This document shows positions 17,671 to 27,400 of a DNA stretch of 64,000 nucleotides, piece by piece. Position 1 is the first letter of the stretch. The number at the start of each line of letters is the position of its first letter. A program made the translations under genes and the position numbers. The DNA comes from a virus. Its lineage: Duplodnaviria; Caudoviricetes. The DNA is taken from IMG/VR virus record IMGVR_UViG_2513237098_000002, positions 1 to 64,000 of that record. One strand, 5' to 3'. Below the pieces are notes generated by a model. The model saw only the letters and a list, made by a program, of their open reading frames with translations. It was not told the origin of the DNA and made no database searches.

Positions 17671-17722
17671 GCGGGCATTTTGCCCGCTTTCTATAAGTAG
17701 GGCATTTTGCCCGGTTTATCAA
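17671..17722 (-). promoter_or_regulatory. Promoter of the cassette operon with two palindromic operators
   Basis: Minus strand TTGATA-17nt-TACTTA; GGGCATTTTGCCC at 17673-17685 and 17700-17712. Confidence 0.7.
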
Positions 17723-17747
17723 GGTCAGCTGCAGAAGGAACTGCGCC

Positions 17748-17996
17748 ATGTGCTTTACCCTCGGATGGCTCGAGCAACTGATTGTTTGGCTGATCGTGGT
17801 TGGCGCGGTGGTCGCCATCATCAAGCTTTTGATTCCCTTCCTCGACAGCCTGACCGGCATGCCGATCATCGGGCGGATCCTGATCATCGTGCTGTGGGCC
17901 ATCGTGGCCATAGCGGTGGTGATCCTGGTGTTTGGGCTGCTGTCCTGCCTGTTGGGAGGGACAGGCACGCTTGGCTTTCCCCACCCAATCCGGTAG
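17748..17996 (+). CDS. Small multi-TM membrane protein (holin candidate)
   Basis: Two long hydrophobic segments in 82 aa. Confidence 0.7.
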   Translation: MCFTLGWLEQLIVWLIVVGAVVAIIKLLIPFLDSLTGMPIIGRILIIVLWAIVAIAVVILVFGLLSCLLGGTGTLGFPHPIR

Positions 17997-18259
17997 CCGC
18001 GTCGAGGATCTGCCGCCTTATCCGCCTGCACCGCCTTCAATCTGCAAGGGCTGTTGAGCCTGACCGGTAACCAATAACCTCGTTGTATCAATGGGTTGCA
18101 TGCGTAGAAGGCCATGCTACGTGGGACAGGTCAGGTTCCCTATGAGAACAGTTGTTCACGTGAGGGAATACAACGAGAACACGTGCTTGGCGTGCAATGC
18201 CCATGCGTTTGCATGGATAATGGAATTAAACAACTGAAATTATTGAGGAATATTCTTCC

Positions 18260-18490
18260 AAGGGGAGGGGGGAGGTTCGGAAAATCCGAAGTTCCTTAAG
18301 TTCCCAGCGCGGCGGCGCTCCAAAATCTGCGGCCGGAAAATGGAAATTCTGGGTTCCGGGATAAATCTTCTACAGATCTAAGATATCGAGATCACGACAA
18401 AAATAGCTACAAACGCAAAATCGTCCAAATCCACTTAGCAGCAGCCGTCCCTCCTAAGTGAGTTGCCCGTCGCCCCCCCCCCCCCCCGCG
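18260..18490. other. Probable cos/packaging region
   Basis: Non-coding, AT-richer, G-run motifs, directly upstream of a P27-type terS; C15 tract at 18473-18487. Confidence 0.4.
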
Positions 18491-18607
18491 AACGGTAATA
18501 GCGCACCACTCGCAGAGCTAGAGGAATTTCTCTTTTGCGTCAGCGGGATACCGTTGGTGAGAAGGGCCGGAGTTCCGTTCTGATTATCCGAAAATGCAGG
18601 AGTTCCC

Positions 18608-19093
18608 ATGCCCGGACCGCCCAAAACCCCGACGCAGCTGCGCATGCTGCGCGGGAATCCCGGCCACGAGGCCATCCCGAGAGGTGAGCCGAAGCCGCGG
18701 GGTTACGACAAGGTGCCGCCGCCGCCCAGCCGCCTCAAGGATGAGGCCCGCGACGAATGGCTCCGCCTGGCGCCGGAGCTGCACCGGCTCGGCCTGCTGA
18801 CGGTCGCCGACATCGCGCCACTGATGCTGTACTGCGACGCTTACGGCACCTGGTGCGAGGCCCAGGACGCCATGACCGCGATCAAGGCCGATGACCCGCA
18901 CCATTTCGGCCTGCTCACCAGGACCGAGCGCGGCATCGCGGCCAACGCCCTGGTCAAGATCGCCCGCGACGCCGCCCACGACCTGCTGCGCTACGCCCAG
19001 GAATTTGGCTTCACGCCGGCATCCCGGACCCGGATCTCCGGTGGCGCTTCCGCCGAGCCGGAAAGTAAATTCGGCGAACTGCTCGCGAACTGA
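18608..19093 (+). CDS. terS: Terminase small subunit, P27 family
   Basis: GPPKTPTQLRMLRGNPG; EFGFTPASRTRI. Confidence 0.92.
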   Translation: MPGPPKTPTQLRMLRGNPGHEAIPRGEPKPRGYDKVPPPPSRLKDEARDEWLRLAPELHRLGLLTVADIAPLMLYCDAYGTWCEAQDAMTAIKADDPHHFGLLTRTERGIAANALVKIARDAAHDLLRYAQEFGFTPASRTRISGGASAEPESKFGELLAN

Positions 19094-19095
19094 AT

Positions 19096-20688
19096 ATGAG
19101 CGCGCTGCAGCGGATCACGACGCGCCCCGATCGCGTCATCCGCTTCATCGAAAAACTCACGGTGCCGAGCGGCATCGGAAGCGGCAAGCCGTTCCGGCTC
19201 GAGCCGTTTCAGAAGCAGTTCATCCGCGACATCTACGAGCCGCACATCGGCGCCAATCGTGCAGTGCGGCGGGCGATCCTGTCGATCGCGCGCAAGAACG
19301 GCAAGACCGCGTTGATCGCGGCGATCGTGCTGGCGCACCTGGTCGGCCCCGAGGCGATCGTCAACGGCGAGATCTATTCAGCGGCCAATGATCGTGATCA
19401 GGCGGCGATCGTGTTCAAGTTTGCGAAACAGATCGTTGAGCTGGAGCCGGAGCTGCGCGCCCAGATCGAGATCATCCCGTCGACCAAGACGATGGTGGCG
19501 CGGCGCACCGGCTCAGTTTATCGCGCGGTCTCCAGCGAGGTCGGCACCAAGCACGGCTATTTGCCGAGCGTCGTGATCTATGACGAGCTGGCGCAGGCCC
19601 GCAACCGCGACCTCTACGACGTGCTCGACACCGCGTTTGGCGCCCGCGAGGAGCCGCTGTTCATCGTGATCTCGACCCAGTCGAATGATCCGGAGCACGT
19701 GCTCAGCAAGCTGATCGATGACGGCATCAGCAAAATCGATCCCTCGATCGTCTGCCATTTACATGCCGCCGACGAAGAATGCGATCTCGACGACGAGACA
19801 CAATGGCTGAAGGCCAACCCGGCGCTCGGCGTCTTCCGCAACCGCGAGGATTTGGTCGCCGCGGTCCGCAAGGCCAAGCGACTTCCGGCCGAAGAGCCCA
19901 AGGTCAGAAACCTTTTCCTCAACCAGCGGATCTCGCCGATCTCGAGCCTGATCTCCAGAGCGGAATGGATGGCGTGCGGCGGCACCGCTGACGACGCCGC
20001 GCTGGTCGACGGCGAGGATATCTATTTGGCGCTCGACCTTTCCAGCGTCGCCGACCTGACCGCGCTGGTCGCCGGCAGCGCGGAGGAGCCGGTGCGGATC
20101 CAGCCGTTCTTCTGGAAGCCGGCCGATCATCTTGCCGATCATTCGCTGCGCGACTTCGGCGCCGGCACCCACCGCTATGAACAATGGCGCGACGCCGGCC
20201 ATCTGCTGGCGTCATCCGGCCGTTCGATCGATCCCGAAGCCATCGCGCTTACGATCGCCGAGCTGGTCGGCCGCTACAACGTCAAGGGCCTGGCCTACGA
20301 TCGCTGGCGCATCGCCGATCTGATGCGCGAGTTCGATCGCATCGGGTTGGCGGCGTGGGAGGACAAGGGCGCCGAGGCCGCGAAGAGCCATGAGGACGGC
20401 TTGCGCATGGTGCCGTGGGGTCAGGGCTACCGCGACATGGGGCCGGCGATCGACGCGCTCGAGCTGGCGGTGATCGAGCGCAAGCTGATCCATCCGCACA
20501 ATCCGTGCCTGACCTGGAACATGGCCAATGCGGTGGCGACGATGGATCCGGCCGGCAACCGCAAGCTCGACAAGGACAAGGCGCGCTTCCGGATCGATGG
20601 CGCGGTGGCGCTCGCGATGATGCTGGGCCTGCGCTCGCGCGACCGCGTCACTGAGCAGCCTGTCGATATTGAGGCGCTGATTGCGTAG
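19096..20688 (+). CDS. terL: Terminase large subunit (HK97-like)
   Basis: LEPFQ, IARKNGKT, IYDELA, LALDLS, YDRW, IDGAVALAM. Confidence 0.95.
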   Translation: MSALQRITTRPDRVIRFIEKLTVPSGIGSGKPFRLEPFQKQFIRDIYEPHIGANRAVRRAILSIARKNGKTALIAAIVLAHLVGPEAIVNGEIYSAANDRDQAAIVFKFAKQIVELEPELRAQIEIIPSTKTMVARRTGSVYRAVSSEVGTKHGYLPSVVIYDELAQARNRDLYDVLDTAFGAREEPLFIVISTQSNDPEHVLSKLIDDGISKIDPSIVCHLHAADEECDLDDETQWLKANPALGVFRNREDLVAAVRKAKRLPAEEPKVRNLFLNQRISPISSLISRAEWMACGGTADDAALVDGEDIYLALDLSSVADLTALVAGSAEEPVRIQPFFWKPADHLADHSLRDFGAGTHRYEQWRDAGHLLASSGRSIDPEAIALTIAELVGRYNVKGLAYDRWRIADLMREFDRIGLAAWEDKGAEAAKSHEDGLRMVPWGQGYRDMGPAIDALELAVIERKLIHPHNPCLTWNMANAVATMDPAGNRKLDKDKARFRIDGAVALAMMLGLRSRDRVTEQPVDIEALIA

Positions 20689-20699
20689 GAGCCGGAAGA

Positions 20700-21044
20700 T
20701 TGCGTGTGCTGGTGTGCGGTAGCCGGAAATACCGCAATCGCGATCATGTCTGGCGAACGCTCGACCAGCTGCATTGGGTGACACCGATCACTTGCCTGAT
20801 CCATGGCGGTGCAACCGGAGCCGATGCGTTCGCGGCAGCGTGGGGCAAGGCCTTCGACATCGAGGTGCTGGAATTTCTCGCCGACTGGCACAGGCTGGGG
20901 CCGAGCGCCGGACCAAAGCGCAATGCCGACATGATCAAGTATGGCGAGCCCGAGCTGGTGATCGCGTTTCCCGGCAACAGCGGCACCAACAACATGATCG
21001 AAAAGGCCGAGGCTGTCGGGATCCCGGTTGTGAGGCAGGCATGA
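20700..21044 (+). CDS. SLOG family (YspA/DUF2493) protein
   Basis: RVLVCGSRKY...LIHGGATGAD...AGPKRNADM...IAFPG. Confidence 0.85.
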   Translation: MRVLVCGSRKYRNRDHVWRTLDQLHWVTPITCLIHGGATGADAFAAAWGKAFDIEVLEFLADWHRLGPSAGPKRNADMIKYGEPELVIAFPGNSGTNNMIEKAEAVGIPVVRQA

Positions 21045-21136
21045 GACCGCTGGACAACATCACACCCAAGATCTGGGTCGTGCTGATCATTGGTGTGGTG
21101 GTGCTGATCGCGATGGTCTGGCTGCTGCCGCCATGA
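21041..21136 (+). CDS. Single-TM peptide (31 aa)
   Basis: MRPLDNITPKIWVVLIIGVVVLIAMVWLLPP; ATGA overlaps. Confidence 0.5.
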   Translation: MRPLDNITPKIWVVLIIGVVVLIAMVWLLPP

Positions 21137-21390
21137 TCGATCGCGACGACTGGAGCGAGCGCGAGCTGCAGGATGCCGAGGCCTACGCCACCACTTGCAG
21201 CAACGTGATCAGCCACATCCTCGGTCAGCTCGGCGCTGTCGAGGTGGCGCTGTCGGAGGATAAGCGTGCTGCGGTCGAGGTCGCCGCGCTGCTCGAGGCC
21301 GCGGTGCATCTGGCGCAGGACAAGCTGCAGCTCAATGCCGACGACTTCGCTGTTGCGGCTTGCGAGATGTATATGCGGATCAGGTCATGA
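21133..21390 (+). CDS. Hypothetical protein
   Basis: ATGA-coupled, typical codon usage. Confidence 0.6.
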   Translation: MIDRDDWSERELQDAEAYATTCSNVISHILGQLGAVEVALSEDKRAAVEVAALLEAAVHLAQDKLQLNADDFAVAACEMYMRIRS

Positions 21391-21593
21391 GCTGGTGGAA
21401 GCTGCAAACCTTCTACGGTGTCGAGGAGCCGGAGAACGGCAAGCATCGCGGCGACTGCGCGATCCAGACGATGTTCACCGACGACCGCGCGCTGCAGGCC
21501 GCGATAGCGGCTTCCCGTTTGCGCGACGACATCGGCTGGGTCGACGTCACCGACATGATCACCCACAAGCTCCGACGCGAGTATATGCGATGA
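21387..21593 (+). CDS. Hypothetical protein
   Basis: MSWWKLQTFYG start, ATGA-coupled. Confidence 0.55.
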   Translation: MSWWKLQTFYGVEEPENGKHRGDCAIQTMFTDDRALQAAIAASRLRDDIGWVDVTDMITHKLRREYMR

Positions 21594-21607
21594 AGAGGAG
21601 AGGCAGA

Positions 21608-21883
21608 ATGCGAACCATGGTCTTTGCTGTGGCTTTTGCCGTTTTTGGCTTCCTGGCCACCGAAGCCTCCGCCGGCACGGTGCTCAACACCACGCAGGCC
21701 GATGTGAAAAAGCAATGCGAGGGCAAGACCAAGTGCAGCACCGCCTGCGGCTCCACGCTCTGCAACTATGTTTGCGATGATCCGAAGCAGCAATGCACGG
21801 TCGCGATCTACATCAAGCGTCCGCCGAAGCCGCCGACGCGTCCGATCCCGCCGATCGGCACGGACGGCACGACTCGGCGCTGA
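21608..21883 (+). CDS. Exported Cys-rich protein
   Basis: Signal peptide; six Cys. Confidence 0.6.
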   Translation: MRTMVFAVAFAVFGFLATEASAGTVLNTTQADVKKQCEGKTKCSTACGSTLCNYVCDDPKQQCTVAIYIKRPPKPPTRPIPPIGTDGTTRR

Positions 21884-21894
21884 GTCGCCCACCG

Positions 21895-22134
21895 ATGATC
21901 GCCGCTCTGATCGTGCTTCGCCTGGTGCTGTTGCATGGTCCGGACGGTCACGAGATCGCGCTCAATCCGGAGCAAATCACGACGATGCGGGCGGCGTTGC
22001 CTAGCGGTCAAAACAAATATCTGACCGGCGACGCGCGCTGCATGATCTCAACCAGCGACGGCAAGTTCGTCAGCGTGGTCGAGACCTGTGACCAGGTGCG
22101 TCAATTGATCGAGGACGCGGAGAAATCCCAATGA
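21895..22134 (+). CDS. Hypothetical protein (FlbD-like small beta fold)
   Basis: LHGPDGHEIALNPEQIT...VVETCDQV. Confidence 0.6.
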   Translation: MIAALIVLRLVLLHGPDGHEIALNPEQITTMRAALPSGQNKYLTGDARCMISTSDGKFVSVVETCDQVRQLIEDAEKSQ

Positions 22135-22388
22135 GCGATCATCCGGGCCGAATGCTTTTGGTCATGATTGCCGGTCTCATGCTGCTGCTGACCTCTGTCG
22201 CCGCTCCGGCGAGTCCACAGAGCAGGGGCTTCCATGGCGGCTCCGGCTTCCGGGCGGCGACCATCAGGCCACCCGTTGTGCAGCCGCAAAGCCGCAAGTC
22301 CTGCTACCGCCGCCGGCTCCACCAGCTACTTGCACTCGGCCATGATTACGACCTGGCCCAGGAAGAGGCGTTGTTGATTTGCGGATGA
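22131..22388 (+). CDS. Membrane-anchored hypothetical protein
   Basis: N-terminal hydrophobic helix. Confidence 0.5.
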   Translation: MSDHPGRMLLVMIAGLMLLLTSVAAPASPQSRGFHGGSGFRAATIRPPVVQPQSRKSCYRRRLHQLLALGHDYDLAQEEALLICG

Positions 22389-22413
22389 TGAATTCATGGG
22401 GAGTTCGTATGGC

Positions 22414-23190
22414 ATGAGTGACCATCCTTCCTGCATCGATATCTCGCACTGGCAGGGCTTTCCGGATTTTGAGGATGTTGCGGCGCAGGGCGTCGTCGCC
22501 TGCATCATGAAAGCGACCGAGGGCACGAGCTACATCGACCCCAACCGCGCCACCAATTATGTCAACGCCACCGCCGCCGGCATCGCGTGCTGTACCTACC
22601 ATTGGATCAAGCCAGGCAATGCTGCCAAACAGATGGAATTCTATCTGTCGGTGGTTGATCCGGTTGGCGGCGAGAGAATGGTCATTGACTATGAGGAAGA
22701 TGGCCTTCGACTTCAGGAGCTTTTGGAAGCGGTGGAGGTTCTGAAGGCCGATCCGCGCGAGCTGCAGGTCACGGTTTACAGCGGTCATCTCCTGAAAGAG
22801 CAGCTTGGCACCGACTGCAACGACTATCTCGCCGAGAACACCGACCTTTGGCTTGCGCAATATACCGACGGCACGCCGAGCTGGCCGAGCGGCACCTATC
22901 CGCATTGGACCTTGTGGCAGTACTCAGAGAGCGGCGAGGTCGACGGCATCGACGATACCAATGTCGATCTCAACCGCTTCGATGGCGACAACGATGAGCT
23001 GGTGCGGTGGATCAGCCCGGCCGGGTTCGCGCCGCCGAAGCCGCCGGAGCCGGAGCCCAGCGAGGCTGTGATCGTCGACATCACGGCACCGACCAATCTC
23101 CCGGTGCTGGTGACGGTCAACGGTGCCGAAGTGCAACAGCGGCGTCGCCGCCCTCGGTTGCGGGTCCCGCGCGGGCCTGATCTCAGATGA
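22414..23190 (+). CDS. GH25 muramidase (endolysin)
   Basis: IDISHWQG, KATEG, IDYEE, LWLAQY, LWQYSESG, VDLN. Confidence 0.92.
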   Translation: MSDHPSCIDISHWQGFPDFEDVAAQGVVACIMKATEGTSYIDPNRATNYVNATAAGIACCTYHWIKPGNAAKQMEFYLSVVDPVGGERMVIDYEEDGLRLQELLEAVEVLKADPRELQVTVYSGHLLKEQLGTDCNDYLAENTDLWLAQYTDGTPSWPSGTYPHWTLWQYSESGEVDGIDDTNVDLNRFDGDNDELVRWISPAGFAPPKPPEPEPSEAVIVDITAPTNLPVLVTVNGAEVQQRRRRPRLRVPRGPDLR

Positions 23191-23300
23191 GCCGATGGCG
23201 CCACTGGCTCGGCAGCCCGACCGGCGCGCTGTGGTACTTCGGCACGGCGTGGGGCCTGATCCTGCTGTACTGGTTCTGGTTTTGGTGGACCGAGCCATAG
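23187..23300 (+). CDS. Trp-rich single-TM peptide (37 aa), lysis-accessory candidate
   Basis: Manual translation MSRWRHWLGSPTGALWYFGTAWGLILLYWFWFWWTEP. Confidence 0.5.
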   Translation: MSRWRHWLGSPTGALWYFGTAWGLILLYWFWFWWTEP

Positions 23301-23624
23301 ATGGACGAAAGCTCGACCCGCACCCAGTGGCAGCACTTCTATGACACCGCGGTCTGGCAGCGTCTGCGTCGGCTGCAGCTCACCCACGAACCGCTGTGCA
23401 AGATGTGCCTGGCGCGTGGCGTGGTCACGCCGGCCCGGGTTGCCGACCATGTCGAGCCGCACAACGGCGACTGGAATAAGTTTCGGCTCGGCGCGCTGCA
23501 GTCGCTCTGTTTCGACTGCCACGACATCCATAAGCGGCGCATCGAGTTGCGCGGCTATTCGAGCGACATCGACGAAGACGGCTGGCCGATCGATCCAAAA
23601 CATCCCGCGAACAGGAGAGGGTGA
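23301..23624 (+). CDS. HNH endonuclease (terminase-associated, gp74-like)
   Basis: EPLCKMC...ADHVEPHNG...LQSLCFDCHD. Confidence 0.9.
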   Translation: MDESSTRTQWQHFYDTAVWQRLRRLQLTHEPLCKMCLARGVVTPARVADHVEPHNGDWNKFRLGALQSLCFDCHDIHKRRIELRGYSSDIDEDGWPIDPKHPANRRG

Positions 23625-23625
23625 C

Positions 23626-23979
23626 ATGGCACTGCAGGTTCTGAACGGCCCGTTCATTCAACCGGGCGAATCCTTGTCGGACGCGCACGACTGCACTGCC
23701 GGCAGCATCATCCGCCTGACGATGCCTGGCGTATGGACGCCGGCCAACATCTCGTTCCAAATTTCGACCGATGGTGCGCTGTTCAACGACCTCGTCGATT
23801 TCGACGGCGATTATGTGCAGGTGCCGATCGTCGCCGGCTCCGCGCTCGTGGTCGCGCCGCTCGTCGACTACCTGAAGGCGGTGGCGTTCCTGAAGATCAG
23901 ATCCGGCACGCCGGATCATCCGGTGCCGCAAGCCGACCTGCGCGAGTTCGCGGTGGCGATCGAGGTCGCCGGAGCGTGA
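23626..23979 (+). CDS. Virion-type jelly-roll protein
   Basis: GESLSD...MPGVWTPANISFQISTDG. Confidence 0.7.
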   Translation: MALQVLNGPFIQPGESLSDAHDCTAGSIIRLTMPGVWTPANISFQISTDGALFNDLVDFDGDYVQVPIVAGSALVVAPLVDYLKAVAFLKIRSGTPDHPVPQADLREFAVAIEVAGA

Positions 23980-23980
23980 C

Positions 23981-24406
23981 TTGCCGATTTTGCAATGGCG
24001 TTGCGCGCATGGTGAGGCTCCAGCTGTCACGCTTCCGTGCGCCGCGACGGTCGCCATTGCGCCGCACGACGACAGCGTCGATAGCAACGTCGTCCTCATC
24101 ACCGGCAAAGGCACCATCGAGTCCTTCGGCGACGGGCCGCATATCATCAAGCGGGTCCTCTTCGAGCCCGGCATCACGCTGAAGCATTCGGCTCAGCTGC
24201 AGCTACTGAGCTGCACCGACCGCGAGATCTCCACCGCGGCAGTCGGTTGGTATGCCTGCGATGGCGCCGGCCACTGGCATGAAGTCCATTTTAGCGCGAC
24301 CGGTGCGGCCGAGCTGACGCGCCGGCTCGAGGTCATCCTGCGCCGTTTCGACGAGATCGAGGCGCGGCTAGAGCGGCTGGAGCAACGCAGCGATGTCGAC
24401 CATTGA
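23981..24406 (+). CDS. Hypothetical structural protein
   Basis: VLITGKGTIESFG motif resembling fibre segments. Confidence 0.6.
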   Translation: MPILQWRCAHGEAPAVTLPCAATVAIAPHDDSVDSNVVLITGKGTIESFGDGPHIIKRVLFEPGITLKHSAQLQLLSCTDREISTAAVGWYACDGAGHWHEVHFSATGAAELTRRLEVILRRFDEIEARLERLEQRSDVDH

Positions 24407-27400
24407 GCGGCAACGTGCGGCGTTGCGGCGTGAACGGTGGATGCAGACCAGCGCGCATTCGCTTCGCCTGCTCGGCCGGCTTTATACGCGCGACTTCGAT
24501 CCGAGCCAGCCGCGCGACGAGCACGGCCGCTGGGTCGATGCCGGCGGCAGCGATGGCGGCGGTGCGGCGCCCGTGATCGACACCGCCAAGGTCGAGGCCA
24601 AGACCCAGAGCAACGTCACCGCGGCCAGTGCCAAGGCGCTCGCCAACGGCGTTGAACCATTGCCGGGCAGCAAGGGCGAGCATCCCAACACGATCGGCTC
24701 CCGGCAACCGACGGCGAAGGGCGCCAAGCTGGCCTACGGCCAACCCGACGTCGCGTCGATGAAGCTCGACCCGAAGCGCTACGCCCACGACATCGCGCTG
24801 CTCGGCAACGCCGACTTCTATCCGAACTTCCGCGCCAAAGAGATGGCCGGTTCGACCGATGCCGCAACCCGCGCCGCGGTCGAGCACATGAAGGACAATC
24901 TGAAATTCCTGTACAGCTTCGCCGATAAGTCGACCCAGGTCTGGTACGACGGCGCCCGCGCCCTGGTCGACGACCGCGCCAAGCTCTGGGGCTTCAACGA
25001 CGCCAGCGTTGCCGGGGTCTATGCCGCGCTGTCGCCGACCAAGGACTGGGATCAGAACGTCCACATCGCGGACATGCTGATGAAGACCTACAAGACCCAG
25101 CAGGGCCACCGCTGGGACGACGCGATGGAGGAACAGGCGAAGACGCTGTGGTCGGACAAGAACCAGGCCGTGGTCGACCTGGTGCGCGGCAAGACCCTCG
25201 GCGAACTGACGAGCCCGGCCGAGAAGGCGCTCTGGATCCGGACCTACGACGAGACCCACAACTCGACCGACTACCGCACCGTGCTGCCGAACGGCGCGCT
25301 CGGCGCCATCGTACGCAACAAGGACGGCAGCAACGCCAAGGTGGTCTGGCAGTCCCTGGCCTCGATCACTAACGCGGTGAAGGCGCTGGAGGCCAATGGC
25401 GATACCGCGACGATCTCGGCGGCGATGGGGACCGCGCACAAGGTGCGGTCGTTCTACAACAACATTCTTGATCCGCATTCCGCCAATGGTGACGTCACCA
25501 TCGACACCCATGCGGTTGGCGCCGCGCTGCTGCGTTCGCTCAGCAACAAGACAGTGCCGGTGCTGCACAATTTCGGCCTGGCGCCCGACAAGGCCGACAA
25601 GCCGGAGGGCTGGGAAGCCGCCGGCTCATCGGTCAAGACCGGCTTAAGCGGGCTTTATCCGGTTTATGCGGAGGCCTACCGCGAGGCCGCCAAAGAGCTG
25701 GGGATTCAGCCGCGTCAATTGCAATCGGCGGTGTGGGTGGTAAAACGCGAGGCCTTCGGCAACCTTAGCAAAAAGCAGATTGCCGCCGTCGAGGACGCCT
25801 GGCGCGCCTATCACGACGATCCGAAGGTGACGCTCGAGGCGACGCAAGCGACGATCGCCGAGCTGGCTGGATTGAGGAAGCATGAACGACACGACCCAGA
25901 ACGACATCATCAAGCTATTGAAGGAAGCCGGCGTCCCGGTGACCCGCGAGAATTACATCAATCTGAATTGGGGCGAGCCGCTGCCCGAGTGGACGGCGGA
26001 GCTGGAAATGGAATTGCCGAAAGAATTGCAGGACTGGTCGCTGTTCGAGACGCGCGACGGCGAGCTGCAGCTGAAGAAGTAGCGCAGGCGGAGCGCGCCC
26101 GCCGCTGGAGGCAGCTGCGGCAGAAGTGGGACGAAAGCCAGCACCCGCGCGATCCCGCCGGCACTTCGACCGGCGGTCAGTTCACCTCAAGCGGTGGCGG
26201 TAGCAGCAGCGGTGAAGCCGCCGCCGCGGTCCCGGTCGACGCCGAAGTCGTCAACGTCGGCGGCGATAAATGGAATCAGGAAATTGCCAAGGAGCTGGAG
26301 CGCGAGTATCAGGCGGCGCGCCCCGAGCTTGAGGAATTGGCGGCAGGGGCGGTTGGCGAATCCACCGTAACCGACGCGGATGAAGACGAGGAAGATCCGC
26401 CCTACGTCCCGGAAGAATGGGATTCGCTCTCGGGCGATGACCAGGAAGAGGCCGCGCAGGAATACAAGAGCAAGAACTACGACGACTACCTGCAGAGCGA
26501 GAGCGATAATTGGTACAGCGAGTATGCGCCCGACGATGCCCGGGTCTTGGTCGCGGAAAATTACAACGACGGCACCACGACTGACTGGGTGAGCGAAACG
26601 CTCGATGATCTGCGCAGCGACCGCAAGGCCGATGGGCTGCCGGACTTTCCGTTCACCGATCAGCAGATGATGGATGCGCTGACGATTGACTACGAAGCCT
26701 ATGGCGGCGGCTCGACCAACGATCCGGAATTTTCCTGGGATGACGACAAGCTGACGGCGCCGGCCGGCTACGATCCGGCACAGCAGACATTGCCTGGCGT
26801 CGAGCCGCTGAAGCCGGAAGATTATCTGACGCCGAAGATGCGCGACGAGATCGAGAAGGCGCTCGCGGCGGAGTTCAACAAGCAGGGCGACGATCTCGCC
26901 GGCAAGATGGATCCGCCGGATTACCTCGGCGACAGCGCCAATGAATTCCTCGAGGAGTCCTGGAATTCGATGCAAGATTCGGAAAAGTTCGCCTGGCTCG
27001 AGAGCAACACCAACATCCTCGAAAAATACCAGGAAGCCGCCGAGACAGCGGACGCGCCGCAGGAGCTGGTGGTCGAAGCGCTGCCGAGCAAATTCGATCC
27101 GTTGCAGCAGAACGCCAGCGCCGAGCAGTATCAGCGCACCCAGGCTTTAGCGCGCTATCTCTCCGCCGAACGTGCCGTGCAGGTGCTGGAAGATCGCAAG
27201 TTGCCGGTGCCGAGCCGGCAAGCGCTGGCCAATATCGACAGTCAATTGTGGGGCGCCTGGAAGAGCAGCTCCACCTCCAAAAACGGCATGCTGCTGCAGG
27301 TCGCGACCGCCGATGAGCTGGAGGGCCGGCTCAATGCCAAGACCGCGACCGAGATCAACCGCGATGAGATGAAACGCTACGCCGATCAGTATTATGCGAA

